Below are positions 47,743 through 57,928 of a stretch of DNA of 64,000 nucleotides, in pieces. The notes beneath the pieces are model-generated. The model was given only the letters and a program-made list of their open reading frames with translations. It was not told the origin of the DNA and made no database searches. This stretch comes from a virus (taxonomy: Duplodnaviria; Caudoviricetes): positions 192,001 to 256,000 of the IMG/VR virus record IMGVR_UViG_3300037067_016777, one strand, 5' to 3'. How positions within the stretch are numbered: position 1 is the first letter of the stretch; every line of letters starts with the position of its first letter. Made by a program: the position numbers and the translations under genes.

Positions 47743-48032
47743 GCAGATAATTCTTCACCCATTTTGCGTTTTAGATCACGAAGGACTTGTGCTAGTAGTG
47801 TCGCTTGATCGTATATATGACCGTGGGTGTAGATGAACGGTGTAGTTGGGTTTTCTATATCTAAAACTATGGCGACTGCTACTGGTACTTTCGCTTCTTC
47901 ACAGGCTATGCGGAATTTAGTCATAAAAAAGTCAAATCGCTGTTCAAACTCTACCCGTGCATCTTTTTGTGGTGCTGCATCCAACATAGTTTCTTGGGGC
48001 TTTTTAATATTGGTTTTCTCTGTTTTTGCCAT
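47739..48032 (-). CDS. hypothetical protein
   Basis: 97-aa ORF. Confidence 0.5.
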   Translation of the reverse strand: MAKTEKTNIKKPQETMLDAAPQKDARVEFEQRFDFFMTKFRIACEEAKVPVAVAIVLDIENPTTPFIYTHGHIYDQATLLAQVLRDLKRKMGEELSA

Positions 48033-48071
48033 GAGTGTCTTCTTGTATTAGAGTGTGTTATGAGGTAACAA

Positions 48072-48746
48072 ATGACTCAAATACTAGAGACCCCGATGAC
48101 TGCATTGTGTACTTGGAAATGGTGTCAAGAAGCATTTGCGCAGCATGGGATAAAACTTACATTCCCAAAAAATACGAATCCACAGAAAACATACCAATGG
48201 CGCTATGTTACAAGATTAGCACACAAGATAGACGAATGGGGCTTAGATAGATCGACAGCAAAGGCATTTATTAATTTCGCTGTTGGTTATGTTAAGGAAA
48301 AGAAACTATTGCATAAAGGTATGTCAGTATTCTTTCAAAACAATATGATGGATGTGTGTTACGATCGTATGCGAAAGCATTCTACTACTGTTTGCAGTAA
48401 AATAGTACGGTTCCAAAAAGTACATGAATTTGTCACTGTAAAATATCATAACAAATCAAAGACTGCTATACTTCTCAATCGCGAATCATTTGATAAGATG
48501 CGCAACATTGTTATATGGCATAGAACAGGCGATATTACTGAACAATATTTAGCATTATCTGCTGCGTGCACTGAAGCTTTATCAAAGCTAGCAATAGTCG
48601 CGCCACACGAACGCATCTTACTACCGACAGAATCAGAGTTGTACTGTTTAGCTATCAATCTTACGAAAGATGGCGACTTCCGCTCAAAAGCAAAAGCAAT
48701 ATTAGGTAATGATTGGAGAATGACGCTGTGCCAACAACAACGATAG
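48072..48746 (+). CDS. hypothetical protein
   Basis: GAGG RBS, 224 aa. Confidence 0.6.
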   Translation: MTQILETPMTALCTWKWCQEAFAQHGIKLTFPKNTNPQKTYQWRYVTRLAHKIDEWGLDRSTAKAFINFAVGYVKEKKLLHKGMSVFFQNNMMDVCYDRMRKHSTTVCSKIVRFQKVHEFVTVKYHNKSKTAILLNRESFDKMRNIVIWHRTGDITEQYLALSAACTEALSKLAIVAPHERILLPTESELYCLAINLTKDGDFRSKAKAILGNDWRMTLCQQQR

Positions 48747-51700
48747 CAAAACCGACACCAAAATCTTACAAGAATCCAGTTTCGAAAAATGGACGCAAGA
48801 CAGTAAATGATGATTCACCGTTCAAATTAGACCCGGCGTTCATAACGAAATTCACAGGCAAAAAGCCTAATTTTGGATATAATGGTCTTGGTGAATTCGT
48901 TTTCTATCGAACATATTCGCGTCTCAAAGAAGACGGTACTAAGGAGACGTTTGTCGACATGCTGCAACGTGTCGTCGAAGGGTGTTACGAAATTCAGCGC
49001 GTATGGTGCAGCAAGAGTAAGAACGACAAGAATAAGAACAAGAACAAGAGCGATAGTGAGAGCGAGAACGACAAAGAAGAAAACATCGCTTTCGGTGGTA
49101 TGGCATTACCATGGACGCGATCAAAAGCCCAGAAGTCCGCACAAGAAATGTTCCAACGCATGTGGGACTTCAAGTTCCTGCCTCCTGGCCGTGGCCTATG
49201 GGTGATGGGCACACCGCATATGTGGAAGCTCGGTAGTGCATCGTTGAATAATTGCGGTTTCTGCAGTACCGCAAGTATTGATGAAGATCCAGCATGGCCA
49301 TTTTGCTTTGTTATGGATATGTCAATGCTTGGCGTTGGCGTTGGCTTCGACACACGCGGTGCAAACAAAATCACAGTTGTGAAACCGCACGACATAGATA
49401 CTCCATGGGAGATCGAAGATTCACGTGAAGGTTGGGTTGATTCATTACGAGCGTTGATTGAATCATTCACAAACCGCCCAGAACTTGGAACAATTAAGTT
49501 CGATTATTCTCTTGTGCGGCCTGCTGGGGCTGAGATCAAGGGATTTGGTGGTAAGGCTAGCGGGCCTGATACCTTACACGATTTACACAAGATGGTCGCG
49601 CACCATTTTACTAATATCCTAAGACGCAAGAGCCAGCTTCTGACTAGCGTTGATATTGTCGACTTTATGAATTTTATCGGCAGATGCGTAGTTGCTGGTA
49701 ATGTTCGTAGATCGAGCGAGATTGCATTAGGCGATCCTGCTGATTGGGATTATATGACGATGAAGGATAAGACTCTCCATAGCGAGCAGTTGATGTCTCA
49801 TCGTTGGGCGTCAAATAATTCGATTTTTGCTATGGTTGGAATGGACTACCACAACGTAGCAAAGCAGATTGCTGAGAATGGTGAACCTGGATGCTTATGG
49901 CTCGACAATGTGCAGAATTTTGGTCGTATGGTCGACGGTCGCCAAGAAGGTATCGACAAAAGAGCACTTGGGACAAACCCATGTTTTGCTGGCAATATGC
50001 GATTAATGACAGCCGAGGGTTATGTGCCATTTGGGGACCTTTGGTACTCTGGCCGACAACAGGAATACTCTAGTCTTGGTAAGAATCCGCTTGAAACCTA
50101 TGGGAAGATGCAGGTTGTAAATCGGAATGGTTTGGTCCCAGCAACTAATATATATCGGACCGGTACTGATATTGATTTATTCCGCGTAGGGTTCAGTGAT
50201 GGATCTAGCATTGACGCAACAGCGACACATGAATTCATTACTTTAACACGACGACGCTTGCACAAAAAGATGCATTATGGTGAGCGGCGGACATTCTTAC
50301 GCGATTTGAAAGTCGGAGATATGATTCCACTGAATCATACAGTTCACTTTGGGACTTTCCACGATCCCGCTTATGGTGAACTAGCAGGCTGGACGATTGG
50401 AGACGGATCATTATCTCCACAACAAGACGGCCAATTGCGTGGAAAGTGCACTTGTTATGAAGATGACATTAATACTGTGCTGCCAAGACTTAGAGGGTTG
50501 ATGTTCGAGCTTTATGCAGCACATAACAAGTCCACAAACCAATCGCCAGCATATGTTGGGTGGCATCGAGAGCAAGAACATTTCGATCACGAAGAAGAAA
50601 CAATAGGTTCTAATGTTCTTGGTCGTTTGTTGAGGGCTGACGGTATTGACGTGGGTGCTAAACATGCCGTTCCACGCTCGATCTGGCGTGGTACCCGCGA
50701 GACGATAGCAGCATTCCTACGTGGCTTTGCGTCTGCTGACGGATATGTACAAATTTCAGACAATGGTACGATAGCGGCTAGAATTTGGCAAGCCAACCAG
50801 TTGCTCTTACTCGACTGCCGTCTCTTGTTATCGCAATTTGGTATTGCTAGCTCTGTCAAGTTCCGCAAAGAAGCAGGGCAACAATTGATGAATGATGGCA
50901 ATGGCGGCAAGAAGTTTTATAATTGTAAGGCTGGATATGAATTGATAATTTCTGGCCATAAGCAAGTTGCTGCGTTTCTCGATCAAATCGGGTTTATTCA
51001 GCCTGAGAAAATGGTCGAAGCGCGAAAATGGTTAGCGGAGCACCACGGTTCGAACAATTCGGATACTGGTCGATATGTGCACGTCAAATCGATCGAGCCA
51101 ATCGGCAAGGGTGATACTTATTGCTTGACTGAACCTAGCAATCACCAAATAGTGGTTGAGGGCTATCAAGTAGGCAATTGCGGTGAACAGTCGTTGGAAG
51201 ACGCCGAGCTCTGTTGCTTGTGTGAGACATTCCCTGCTCATCATGAAGATGCCGAAGACTACCATCGTACGCTGAAATTCGCATACTTATATGCCAAGAC
51301 AGTCACACTGCTGCCGACGCATTGCAAGAAGACCAATGCGGTATTACTACGCAATAGACGTATCGGCTTATCGCAGAGCGGAATCATTCAAGCATTCGCT
51401 AAGTTTGGCCGCCGCAAGGTTCTCACCGATTTCTGCGGCAGAGGGTATGAAGTCGTTTGCAAATGGGACGAAATCTACTCTGAGTGGTTGTGTGTGAGCA
51501 AATCGCTCAAACGCACTAGTGTTAAGCCGAGTGGCTCGGTATCATTATTGGCCGGTGCTACTGCTGGTATCCATTTTACAATCGCACCAACGCGATCGTA
51601 TTGGCGTAATGTCCGTGTTTCCAGCGAGAGTGCACTGCTCAAGGCGGTTATCGAAGCAGGGTATCATGTCGAAGAGTGCATCACAGACAACAAGACCAGC

Positions 51701-52069
51701 ATCGTGCGTTTTGGTGTATCAGAACCAGACATCCCATCGGTGTGCGAAATTTCGATCTGGCAGCAGATGAAGAATGCTGTTGATTATCAACGATATTGGG
51801 CCGACAATCAGATATCATGCACAATCCAATTCAGGCCAGAAGAAGCGAAGGATTTGCCATACGTCTTGGAAGAGTTCGATGATGAATTAAAGGGTATTAG
51901 TTTCTTGCCTTATCTCGATCATGGCTTTCCACAAGCACCATATCAACCAGCGACAGCAACAGAAGTGATAGCATATAATTCGAAGTTGAAGCCGCTTAAC
52001 TTCGATAAATACTTTATGGAAGATGCTGTCGGGACGAAATTCTGCGATGGCGACGTTTGCCAAATTTAA
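48713..52069 (+). CDS. nrdJ: class II (B12-dependent) ribonucleotide reductase, intein-containing
   Basis: RTYSR, PPGRGLW, LNNC, VVAGNVRRS, TNP[intein]CGEQ.L, TSVKPSGSVSLL. Confidence 0.92.
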   Translation: MENDAVPTTTIAKPTPKSYKNPVSKNGRKTVNDDSPFKLDPAFITKFTGKKPNFGYNGLGEFVFYRTYSRLKEDGTKETFVDMLQRVVEGCYEIQRVWCSKSKNDKNKNKNKSDSESENDKEENIAFGGMALPWTRSKAQKSAQEMFQRMWDFKFLPPGRGLWVMGTPHMWKLGSASLNNCGFCSTASIDEDPAWPFCFVMDMSMLGVGVGFDTRGANKITVVKPHDIDTPWEIEDSREGWVDSLRALIESFTNRPELGTIKFDYSLVRPAGAEIKGFGGKASGPDTLHDLHKMVAHHFTNILRRKSQLLTSVDIVDFMNFIGRCVVAGNVRRSSEIALGDPADWDYMTMKDKTLHSEQLMSHRWASNNSIFAMVGMDYHNVAKQIAENGEPGCLWLDNVQNFGRMVDGRQEGIDKRALGTNPCFAGNMRLMTAEGYVPFGDLWYSGRQQEYSSLGKNPLETYGKMQVVNRNGLVPATNIYRTGTDIDLFRVGFSDGSSIDATATHEFITLTRRRLHKKMHYGERRTFLRDLKVGDMIPLNHTVHFGTFHDPAYGELAGWTIGDGSLSPQQDGQLRGKCTCYEDDINTVLPRLRGLMFELYAAHNKSTNQSPAYVGWHREQEHFDHEEETIGSNVLGRLLRADGIDVGAKHAVPRSIWRGTRETIAAFLRGFASADGYVQISDNGTIAARIWQANQLLLLDCRLLLSQFGIASSVKFRKEAGQQLMNDGNGGKKFYNCKAGYELIISGHKQVAAFLDQIGFIQPEKMVEARKWLAEHHGSNNSDTGRYVHVKSIEPIGKGDTYCLTEPSNHQIVVEGYQVGNCGEQSLEDAELCCLCETFPAHHEDAEDYHRTLKFAYLYAKTVTLLPTHCKKTNAVLLRNRRIGLSQSGIIQAFAKFGRRKVLTDFCGRGYEVVCKWDEIYSEWLCVSKSLKRTSVKPSGSVSLLAGATAGIHFTIAPTRSYWRNVRVSSESALLKAVIEAGYHVEECITDNKTSIVRFGVSEPDIPSVCEISIWQQMKNAVDYQRYWADNQISCTIQFRPEEAKDLPYVLEEFDDELKGISFLPYLDHGFPQAPYQPATATEVIAYNSKLKPLNFDKYFMEDAVGTKFCDGDVCQI
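49982..51178 (+). mobile_element. LAGLIDADG intein in NrdJ (399 aa)
   Basis: TNP|CFAGNMRL...ATATH...LAGWTIGDG...FLRGFASADG...YQVGN|CGEQ. Confidence 0.9.
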
Positions 52070-52239
52070 TGACTTCTAAAGATAAAGAATCGCTAATCGA
52101 GTTAATAACTTGGTATAGAGGTGAATACCATCAGATAGATTGTAACCATAGCGAGCTAATTGAGAAAATTAGAGCAACCGATGATGATAAGTTGCTACAT
52201 ATATACGAGAAGATTGTTGATGGTTGGTTTGATTATTAG
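52057..52239 (+). CDS. small hypothetical protein
   Basis: Short ORF; probable ATG at 52069 overlapping nrdJ stop. Confidence 0.45.
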   Translation: MPNLMTSKDKESLIELITWYRGEYHQIDCNHSELIEKIRATDDDKLLHIYEKIVDGWFDY

Positions 52240-55235
52240 AATAGTTTCATCTGCCCTGGCAAATCTTTAGTCTTTTTCGGTTTTGGTCGATGAAACCGAG
52301 ATTTGATGAACTTCTCGCCCTCGACACTACCGTCGCGAAATATGACTTTAGAGACATAACCAGCCGCCACAGCAGCTTTAAATCGCTTACGCGAATGTGC
52401 ATAGAGATATTTGTTGCATAAGAAATAAATATCGAATATTCTGGCACTGCCCTTTTGATTAATTCTGGCCGCTCTGGCCACACGCTGTTTGAATTCTGAT
52501 GCTAGCTTTCCACCAGTTGCTAATATCAAATTCTCACAACCGCCTTTTAGATCTAGTCCACGCCGGACGTTTTTGCCTCCAATTAACACTTTTAGTTTGC
52601 GGGATTCAAATGCTTGTAATATCTCTGGTCTTCTTTTCCTCGATGTTTTACCGTGGATGAATTCTGAATCTGGGATTAGACGCTGTAGAGCGTATCCGAG
52701 GTCGTCGCGTTCGACAAGAATTAGAGTACCCTCATCAGTGAATCGTTTGCATAATGCAGCGATGAAACGATGAAACTTGTCGTTATGAACCATCATTTCA
52801 TCGACCGCTATATCAAACGCAGAAGCATCATCCTTATTACTGCCTTCACCGAAAGCTAAAGCAAAGTATTCTATCGGAACAATTAGACCAGTCTTCTCAA
52901 CACTCTCTCTGTCTTGAGAATAGATGACAGATCCAAGATGTTCTTGTAGAACTAAATTTTCTACTGGTTTATCTGCATCATAGGGTGTACCAGTCATACC
53001 ATAGCGTCTTCGGCCTTTGAACCAATATTTAAATAGATTTTTATATGTTGATGAAGTAGCTAGATCACAATTATGTACAAGTAGACCATTTGCTTCAAAA
53101 CTTTCTGAATTTTTAACAGTGAAGTCAATCAGTCTGCATTTTTTACTATTCTTGACACTAACAACTTTCTCAACAGCGAAACTGTCTAAGCTAACATCTA
53201 CAATTGGTATTTTGAGTTTCTCTATTATACTAGTAGTATAATTTCTCCATAGTTGATTATCGCCTTTTTTGATAGTGTACCAAGTAACTATTAGTGTTCG
53301 GCCAGCATGTTTGCTTACTTTTTCATATGATATACCAAGTTGATTTTTTGCGTCTGTGTACGAATTGATTTGTACAGATTGGCAAAATCGATTTATTTTA
53401 TTTTGCCAATCAATCAAACGTTTTAAGCTGACATTATTGCGGTGATCTATTTGCTTTATTCCAAGTATCGAATATAATTTGTGCTTCTTTATTCCAGATT
53501 CAAGCCATCTATCAACATACTGCCCGTAGTTGATATATCGTTCGCTGTCTTTTATATTGTTATAACAAGTTTCTATTCTTTTTTGTTTTCGTGCGAAGCC
53601 AAATCCAATTCTATCTCTGAATTTTATGAAATTTTCGCCAACTATTAGTAGTCTATATAATGTTTTGTGTTTTTTGTTTGTGCGTTTATTACCAATATAA
53701 ATAGACGAACCTATTCCAATATAACTTAACAAAGACTGTATCAACTGTACTATTGGTAGATCTATACTACCAAAAATTGCCTTATCTCTGTACCCAGAAC
53801 CTTCTGAATCTAGCAGTCCTCTTATCAAGTTTATAGCTGCATTAGTATCTGGTATAACAAAGCCTGGGTGCATATAGCCCATTTTGCGACCTGGGCTAAA
53901 TCCTAGCGATTTCAGCCAATCACATAATTCTTCTGATTTAATCCGAAGCGTAAGATCGCCACGCTTGTTTTCGCGTTCTAATATAGACCCACGCCAAACG
54001 TTTGTAATAGCGGCAGCGATATTTGACCAGTCTTTTTTATCCTTTCGCACTGCAAATCTGATGCTTGTGTTGCTCAGGAAATGACCATCTCCAATAAACA
54101 AACCGAGATGATACCACTTATTCCTTGAATTGATATTGTGTTTTTTATGGTTTATCGAGCCTCTGCTTGTGAGAAGTAAATCTCCACATTGTAAATCTCC
54201 GGCATGTGCGTCTCTCCTAAAACCATCAAATGTTGCTATTGGATGATTATCAGAGCAGATTAACTTACGACCAACGTTGGTAGTAATTTCTATTGCTTGG
54301 CCATTTTTCGCATGTGTCGCAATTATTGGAAATGTTTTTGAGCCGACTTTAGCCTTTACGATAACACCAGAAGAAACTAAATTGTATAATGTTTTGGCTG
54401 GCATTACTCCTAGATCTGTACCTATCCAGGTATCTTCATGTACGCATTCATCAACCAATAACATTTCACAAGCGCCAATTAATTTATGTAACGCTTCTGC
54501 TTTCTTGGCTCTGCTGCGAAATGCCTTGATTTTTATCTCGTAATTTTTAAGTGCTTTTTCGAATTTCTTTTTAGCAGTCCCCGATTTACTATCTTTGAAG
54601 TTTTCTTGTAGTGGTTTTTCTGGTTTTTGTTTTGGTTTGACAAGTGATTGAATTGAGCCGATGATAATTAATTGCCCGTTTGGCATTTTACCAGCATAAA
54701 ACAATCCTGGCTCTGAGCAGACATCTCGTAGATGTAATCTCTGTTTTAGTTGCTCTATAACTTGGATCTGCTCAGCAATAATTGCTGTCGGGCATGGTAA
54801 TGCTTTACAAATACCAGTTATTAGTTCGCCCTTTCCGCCGCCCATAGTGACATTTATAATCCCTACTTCTGTCCTATAAATTGTTTTGATAGCGTCGATT
54901 TGGAATGGTTTTAATTTGATGCCGGGCAAGAAATCTTCATCGATTAATGATATATCGATAGGTTTGTATTTTGTTTTTGGGCGCTTGTCCTGGACCGCTA
55001 ACGCTAAATCCTTTTCTTTACATAACGCACGCAGCTCGCCAAGAAACGGCCTAGCTAGCGTTTTGTTGGCTATATTGAATTTATGGTATATCCCATCCCA
55101 AGCTGATCCACCGCTACAATCGATAAACCGGGCATTTGGTCGAGATGCACTGAATCGCTTATCTATTATTTCTTCTTCCCATACGGTCAGATTGGATAAT
55201 TGTATAGTTTTATTAGTTAATATCGTTGCAATCAT
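52236..55235 (-). CDS. uvsW: SF2 helicase (UvsW-like), intein-containing
   Basis: TMGGGKG, VDE[intein]CD, GMTGTP, RGLDL, QRVARAAR. Confidence 0.8.
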   Translation of the reverse strand: MIATILTNKTIQLSNLTVWEEEIIDKRFSASRPNARFIDCSGGSAWDGIYHKFNIANKTLARPFLGELRALCKEKDLALAVQDKRPKTKYKPIDISLIDEDFLPGIKLKPFQIDAIKTIYRTEVGIINVTMGGGKGELITGICKALPCPTAIIAEQIQVIEQLKQRLHLRDVCSEPGLFYAGKMPNGQLIIIGSIQSLVKPKQKPEKPLQENFKDSKSGTAKKKFEKALKNYEIKIKAFRSRAKKAEALHKLIGACEMLLVDECVHEDTWIGTDLGVMPAKTLYNLVSSGVIVKAKVGSKTFPIIATHAKNGQAIEITTNVGRKLICSDNHPIATFDGFRRDAHAGDLQCGDLLLTSRGSINHKKHNINSRNKWYHLGLFIGDGHFLSNTSIRFAVRKDKKDWSNIAAAITNVWRGSILERENKRGDLTLRIKSEELCDWLKSLGFSPGRKMGYMHPGFVIPDTNAAINLIRGLLDSEGSGYRDKAIFGSIDLPIVQLIQSLLSYIGIGSSIYIGNKRTNKKHKTLYRLLIVGENFIKFRDRIGFGFARKQKRIETCYNNIKDSERYINYGQYVDRWLESGIKKHKLYSILGIKQIDHRNNVSLKRLIDWQNKINRFCQSVQINSYTDAKNQLGISYEKVSKHAGRTLIVTWYTIKKGDNQLWRNYTTSIIEKLKIPIVDVSLDSFAVEKVVSVKNSKKCRLIDFTVKNSESFEANGLLVHNCDLATSSTYKNLFKYWFKGRRRYGMTGTPYDADKPVENLVLQEHLGSVIYSQDRESVEKTGLIVPIEYFALAFGEGSNKDDASAFDIAVDEMMVHNDKFHRFIAALCKRFTDEGTLILVERDDLGYALQRLIPDSEFIHGKTSRKRRPEILQAFESRKLKVLIGGKNVRRGLDLKGGCENLILATGGKLASEFKQRVARAARINQKGSARIFDIYFLCNKYLYAHSRKRFKAAVAAGYVSKVIFRDGSVEGEKFIKSRFHRPKPKKTKDLPGQMKLF
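53070..54446 (-). mobile_element. LAGLIDADG intein in helicase motif II (459 aa)
   Basis: LVDE|CVHEDTWI...CSDNH...LGLFIGDG...LIRGLLDSEG...ANGLLVHN|CDLA. Confidence 0.9.
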
Positions 55236-55255
55236 ATAAATGAATTACTATTATT

Positions 55256-55744
55256 TTAGAATAGTTTTCTGCCGATAAATTGCTGCACTAAATCGATATC
55301 TTCAGCGTGCATTGTTTCGTGTGGGTCATATACAGTTCTAAATTTCCCCTTCGGTAGATAAAATCTATTAGCTATATACTCTAAACCGTCTGCGAGTGGA
55401 GTGTCATCGCCATGGAGAATTACCCAGCCATACTTATCTTTAGATATTCTACCGCGTGGCAATCCTTGATAGGCTTGTGAGATATCGAATGGTGCTTTAC
55501 TATCATTCATATTCAATAAAGTTGAACACCATTTTTCCCATATTTCTTTATGCCACGCTGCGCCATCGAATTCCTCGTCGAAGAAAGCCGAAAGACGCCA
55601 GTCATTTTTTGCCGGGCACCACCAATAAATGCCTGTTTTAGGCTCTCGTGATTCTTTAAGTATCTGGCTCTGCATATCGAGGCGTATAGATTCGCGCATG
55701 CCAATATTATCTGGATACTTGACATTTAATTCATTTAAGTGCAT
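55256..55744 (-). CDS. hypothetical protein (possible internal head protein)
   Basis: Probable start MHLNELN at 55744; LPRGRI motif. Confidence 0.55.
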   Translation of the reverse strand: MHLNELNVKYPDNIGMRESIRLDMQSQILKESREPKTGIYWWCPAKNDWRLSAFFDEEFDGAAWHKEIWEKWCSTLLNMNDSKAPFDISQAYQGLPRGRISKDKYGWVILHGDDTPLADGLEYIANRFYLPKGKFRTVYDPHETMHAEDIDLVQQFIGRKLF

Positions 55745-55811
55745 ATAGTTCCTGTCTCTACTAATAAAATACAGTTGGTGTTTGTAAGTAAATATTTTCG
55801 GAGGGCTGATT

Positions 55812-56852
55812 ATGCTAATTGAAGAAGATCTCGACATTACAGATTTAGAGGAATTATCTGAATTCCAAACAGAGGATATAGAAACAGAGGATGTTCTGCC
55901 TGATGACCCTGGTCTGCTTTCAAAGAAACATTATTTTATCAACGAGATAGTAGAAGACCGACTACGACGATATATTTGGACAAATTGTACTGATGTTGCT
56001 ATACGAGATTCTATAATGACTCACGCACCAGAGCTGATAAAGCAGATCATACGTAAGCAGAATCTGCATATGATTTATCCTGGCCAGGAAGAGTCTGCTT
56101 TTGGCGATTTAGTCCAAACAGCATGGGTTCAAGTTGAACGAACACTATATAAATTCAGAGCAAAACCGCATTGTAGGGTATGCTATAATCCAGATAGACC
56201 AGTTAGCTCGGCTTTATACCTACCGGCCGAATCAGAATATGGTATTATTACTTTTGATGAATTATTCGATCCAAAATATAATCCTCCAGGTAGTAAGAAA
56301 CTTGTTATTTGTCGAAATGGTAGAAATCCACCAAAATGCCCATATTGCGGGGCTGTTTTGAGTGCACACCCAGATGTTGAACCAAAGCAAGGTACATTTG
56401 GCGGCTCAGTGACGGTCTTATACAGAGGAAATTCTAAAGTTTTTAACATGTGGTCTCAGGTCAGCCGTACCGTAATTTTGGCTTTTGTGAAGAAGGAGGG
56501 GCGCGACAGGAAGAATGCCACTGCGTACAAGGATCATCTCTGTAGTGCGACTAAAGTCGATGAGGATCGTCTAAAGAGATTCTTCTTGGAGGTATCGCAA
56601 CTTTGCAAACATAATAAAGATCACATGAGATGCGTAGAGGCGTTATACCATGTGATTAAGAAAGACGACAAACCATATGATGGGTTAATTGGAAAATTGG
56701 TGGAGCATTCAGGATTATCACGCATTCAAGTCAATAGTTTTATTAGATTGATAAGGCTTCGCAGTCATGAATTCACCGATTCTCCGCTTAGCCACGAGAG
56801 CGAACACGATAAGCAGTTGAAGAAACAATTCCTTTGTCAAGGTGAAGAATAA
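55812..56852 (+). CDS. late-transcription sigma factor (T4 gp55-like) with Zn-finger insertion
   Basis: HYFIN, DLVQTAW...LYKF, KVFNMWSQVSRTVILAFVKKE; CRVC/CPYC insert. Confidence 0.6.
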   Translation: MLIEEDLDITDLEELSEFQTEDIETEDVLPDDPGLLSKKHYFINEIVEDRLRRYIWTNCTDVAIRDSIMTHAPELIKQIIRKQNLHMIYPGQEESAFGDLVQTAWVQVERTLYKFRAKPHCRVCYNPDRPVSSALYLPAESEYGIITFDELFDPKYNPPGSKKLVICRNGRNPPKCPYCGAVLSAHPDVEPKQGTFGGSVTVLYRGNSKVFNMWSQVSRTVILAFVKKEGRDRKNATAYKDHLCSATKVDEDRLKRFFLEVSQLCKHNKDHMRCVEALYHVIKKDDKPYDGLIGKLVEHSGLSRIQVNSFIRLIRLRSHEFTDSPLSHESEHDKQLKKQFLCQGEE

Positions 56853-56854
56853 TT

Positions 56855-57916
56855 ATGCCAAACTTTGCATCGCCATTTTCGGAGCCTCTGAATGGCAGGA
56901 AATTGACTACTGAAGAGCTTATCAGGGCTATTCGTTTCGTTATAGCCGCTGAATATGAAGCGGCACAGATGTATATGCAAGTTGTCGAGGCAACAGACAA
57001 TGAACTTGTCAAGAAAGTACTGACGAGTGTGACTGATGAAGAGCGTGTACATGCCGGTGAATTCCTTAAAGTACTACACGAACTCGCACCAGATGAAGCA
57101 GAACACTATAAAGAGGGTGAGAAGGAAGTCAAGAAAGAAACGAAATCGGTAAGTGAAAGTGTTGAGATAAAACCAATTAAGGTATCGATAACAGAAAATC
57201 CAAATGGTGTCAGTGGGTCAGTGTTGGTTGTTTATGATGGTAAGACACACAGGGCTAATTGGCGGCAGGATGAGACGTTGAGTAGAGTTGTTGGAGATGA
57301 ATATTTATTGAAAGCTGTAATGACTGCTTGGGAAGGTGTGAATGAGTTCTCCTTGACTGAAAGAGAGCTTGAGCAACGTGGTGGTGGTTGGTGGTCTCCA
57401 AGGCCAGTAGTGGAATCGGCTGAGACATCCAAAGATAACTGCCCTATCTGTAATGAAAAGCCAGTTTCTCGATGCCGATGTGGCAATATCATCAAGCATA
57501 CCGCCGAGGATCTCGAAAGAGGTCACGGGTTGCGTTGCCCTAATGGACATATCTGGTCTTACCAAACTACAGATAATAAACTGCTTCTTGGTGTTGATCT
57601 TAATATGTGCTGTGATGCAACGCCTGTTAGTGAATCAGTCAAGAATATATTGCGGATGATTGATGAGAAAACGATAACTGTCGATGATTTCAATCGGTTT
57701 ATTATGGAGACGAGCCCGACAAGCATTAATAAGCGAGTACAAAGACAATTACGGCCGGCTAGGATAGGCCCGCAAGTCTCAAATCCAGAACAAAAGGTCG
57801 ACAATAAAACAGACCACGAACCAGCAGATCATAATGATCCTACCACTACATCGCGTGGTAGGCGTGCGCTGCGCAAGCAAATTAAACAAAATAAGACACA
57901 CCCAGAACAATTTTAA
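56855..57916 (+). CDS. ferritin/rubrerythrin-like domain fused to unknown and Cys-rich domains
   Basis: RAIRFVIAAEYEA..MY...DEERVHAGEF. Confidence 0.75.
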   Translation: MPNFASPFSEPLNGRKLTTEELIRAIRFVIAAEYEAAQMYMQVVEATDNELVKKVLTSVTDEERVHAGEFLKVLHELAPDEAEHYKEGEKEVKKETKSVSESVEIKPIKVSITENPNGVSGSVLVVYDGKTHRANWRQDETLSRVVGDEYLLKAVMTAWEGVNEFSLTERELEQRGGGWWSPRPVVESAETSKDNCPICNEKPVSRCRCGNIIKHTAEDLERGHGLRCPNGHIWSYQTTDNKLLLGVDLNMCCDATPVSESVKNILRMIDEKTITVDDFNRFIMETSPTSINKRVQRQLRPARIGPQVSNPEQKVDNKTDHEPADHNDPTTTSRGRRALRKQIKQNKTHPEQF

Positions 57917-57928
57917 TATAGAAATTCT

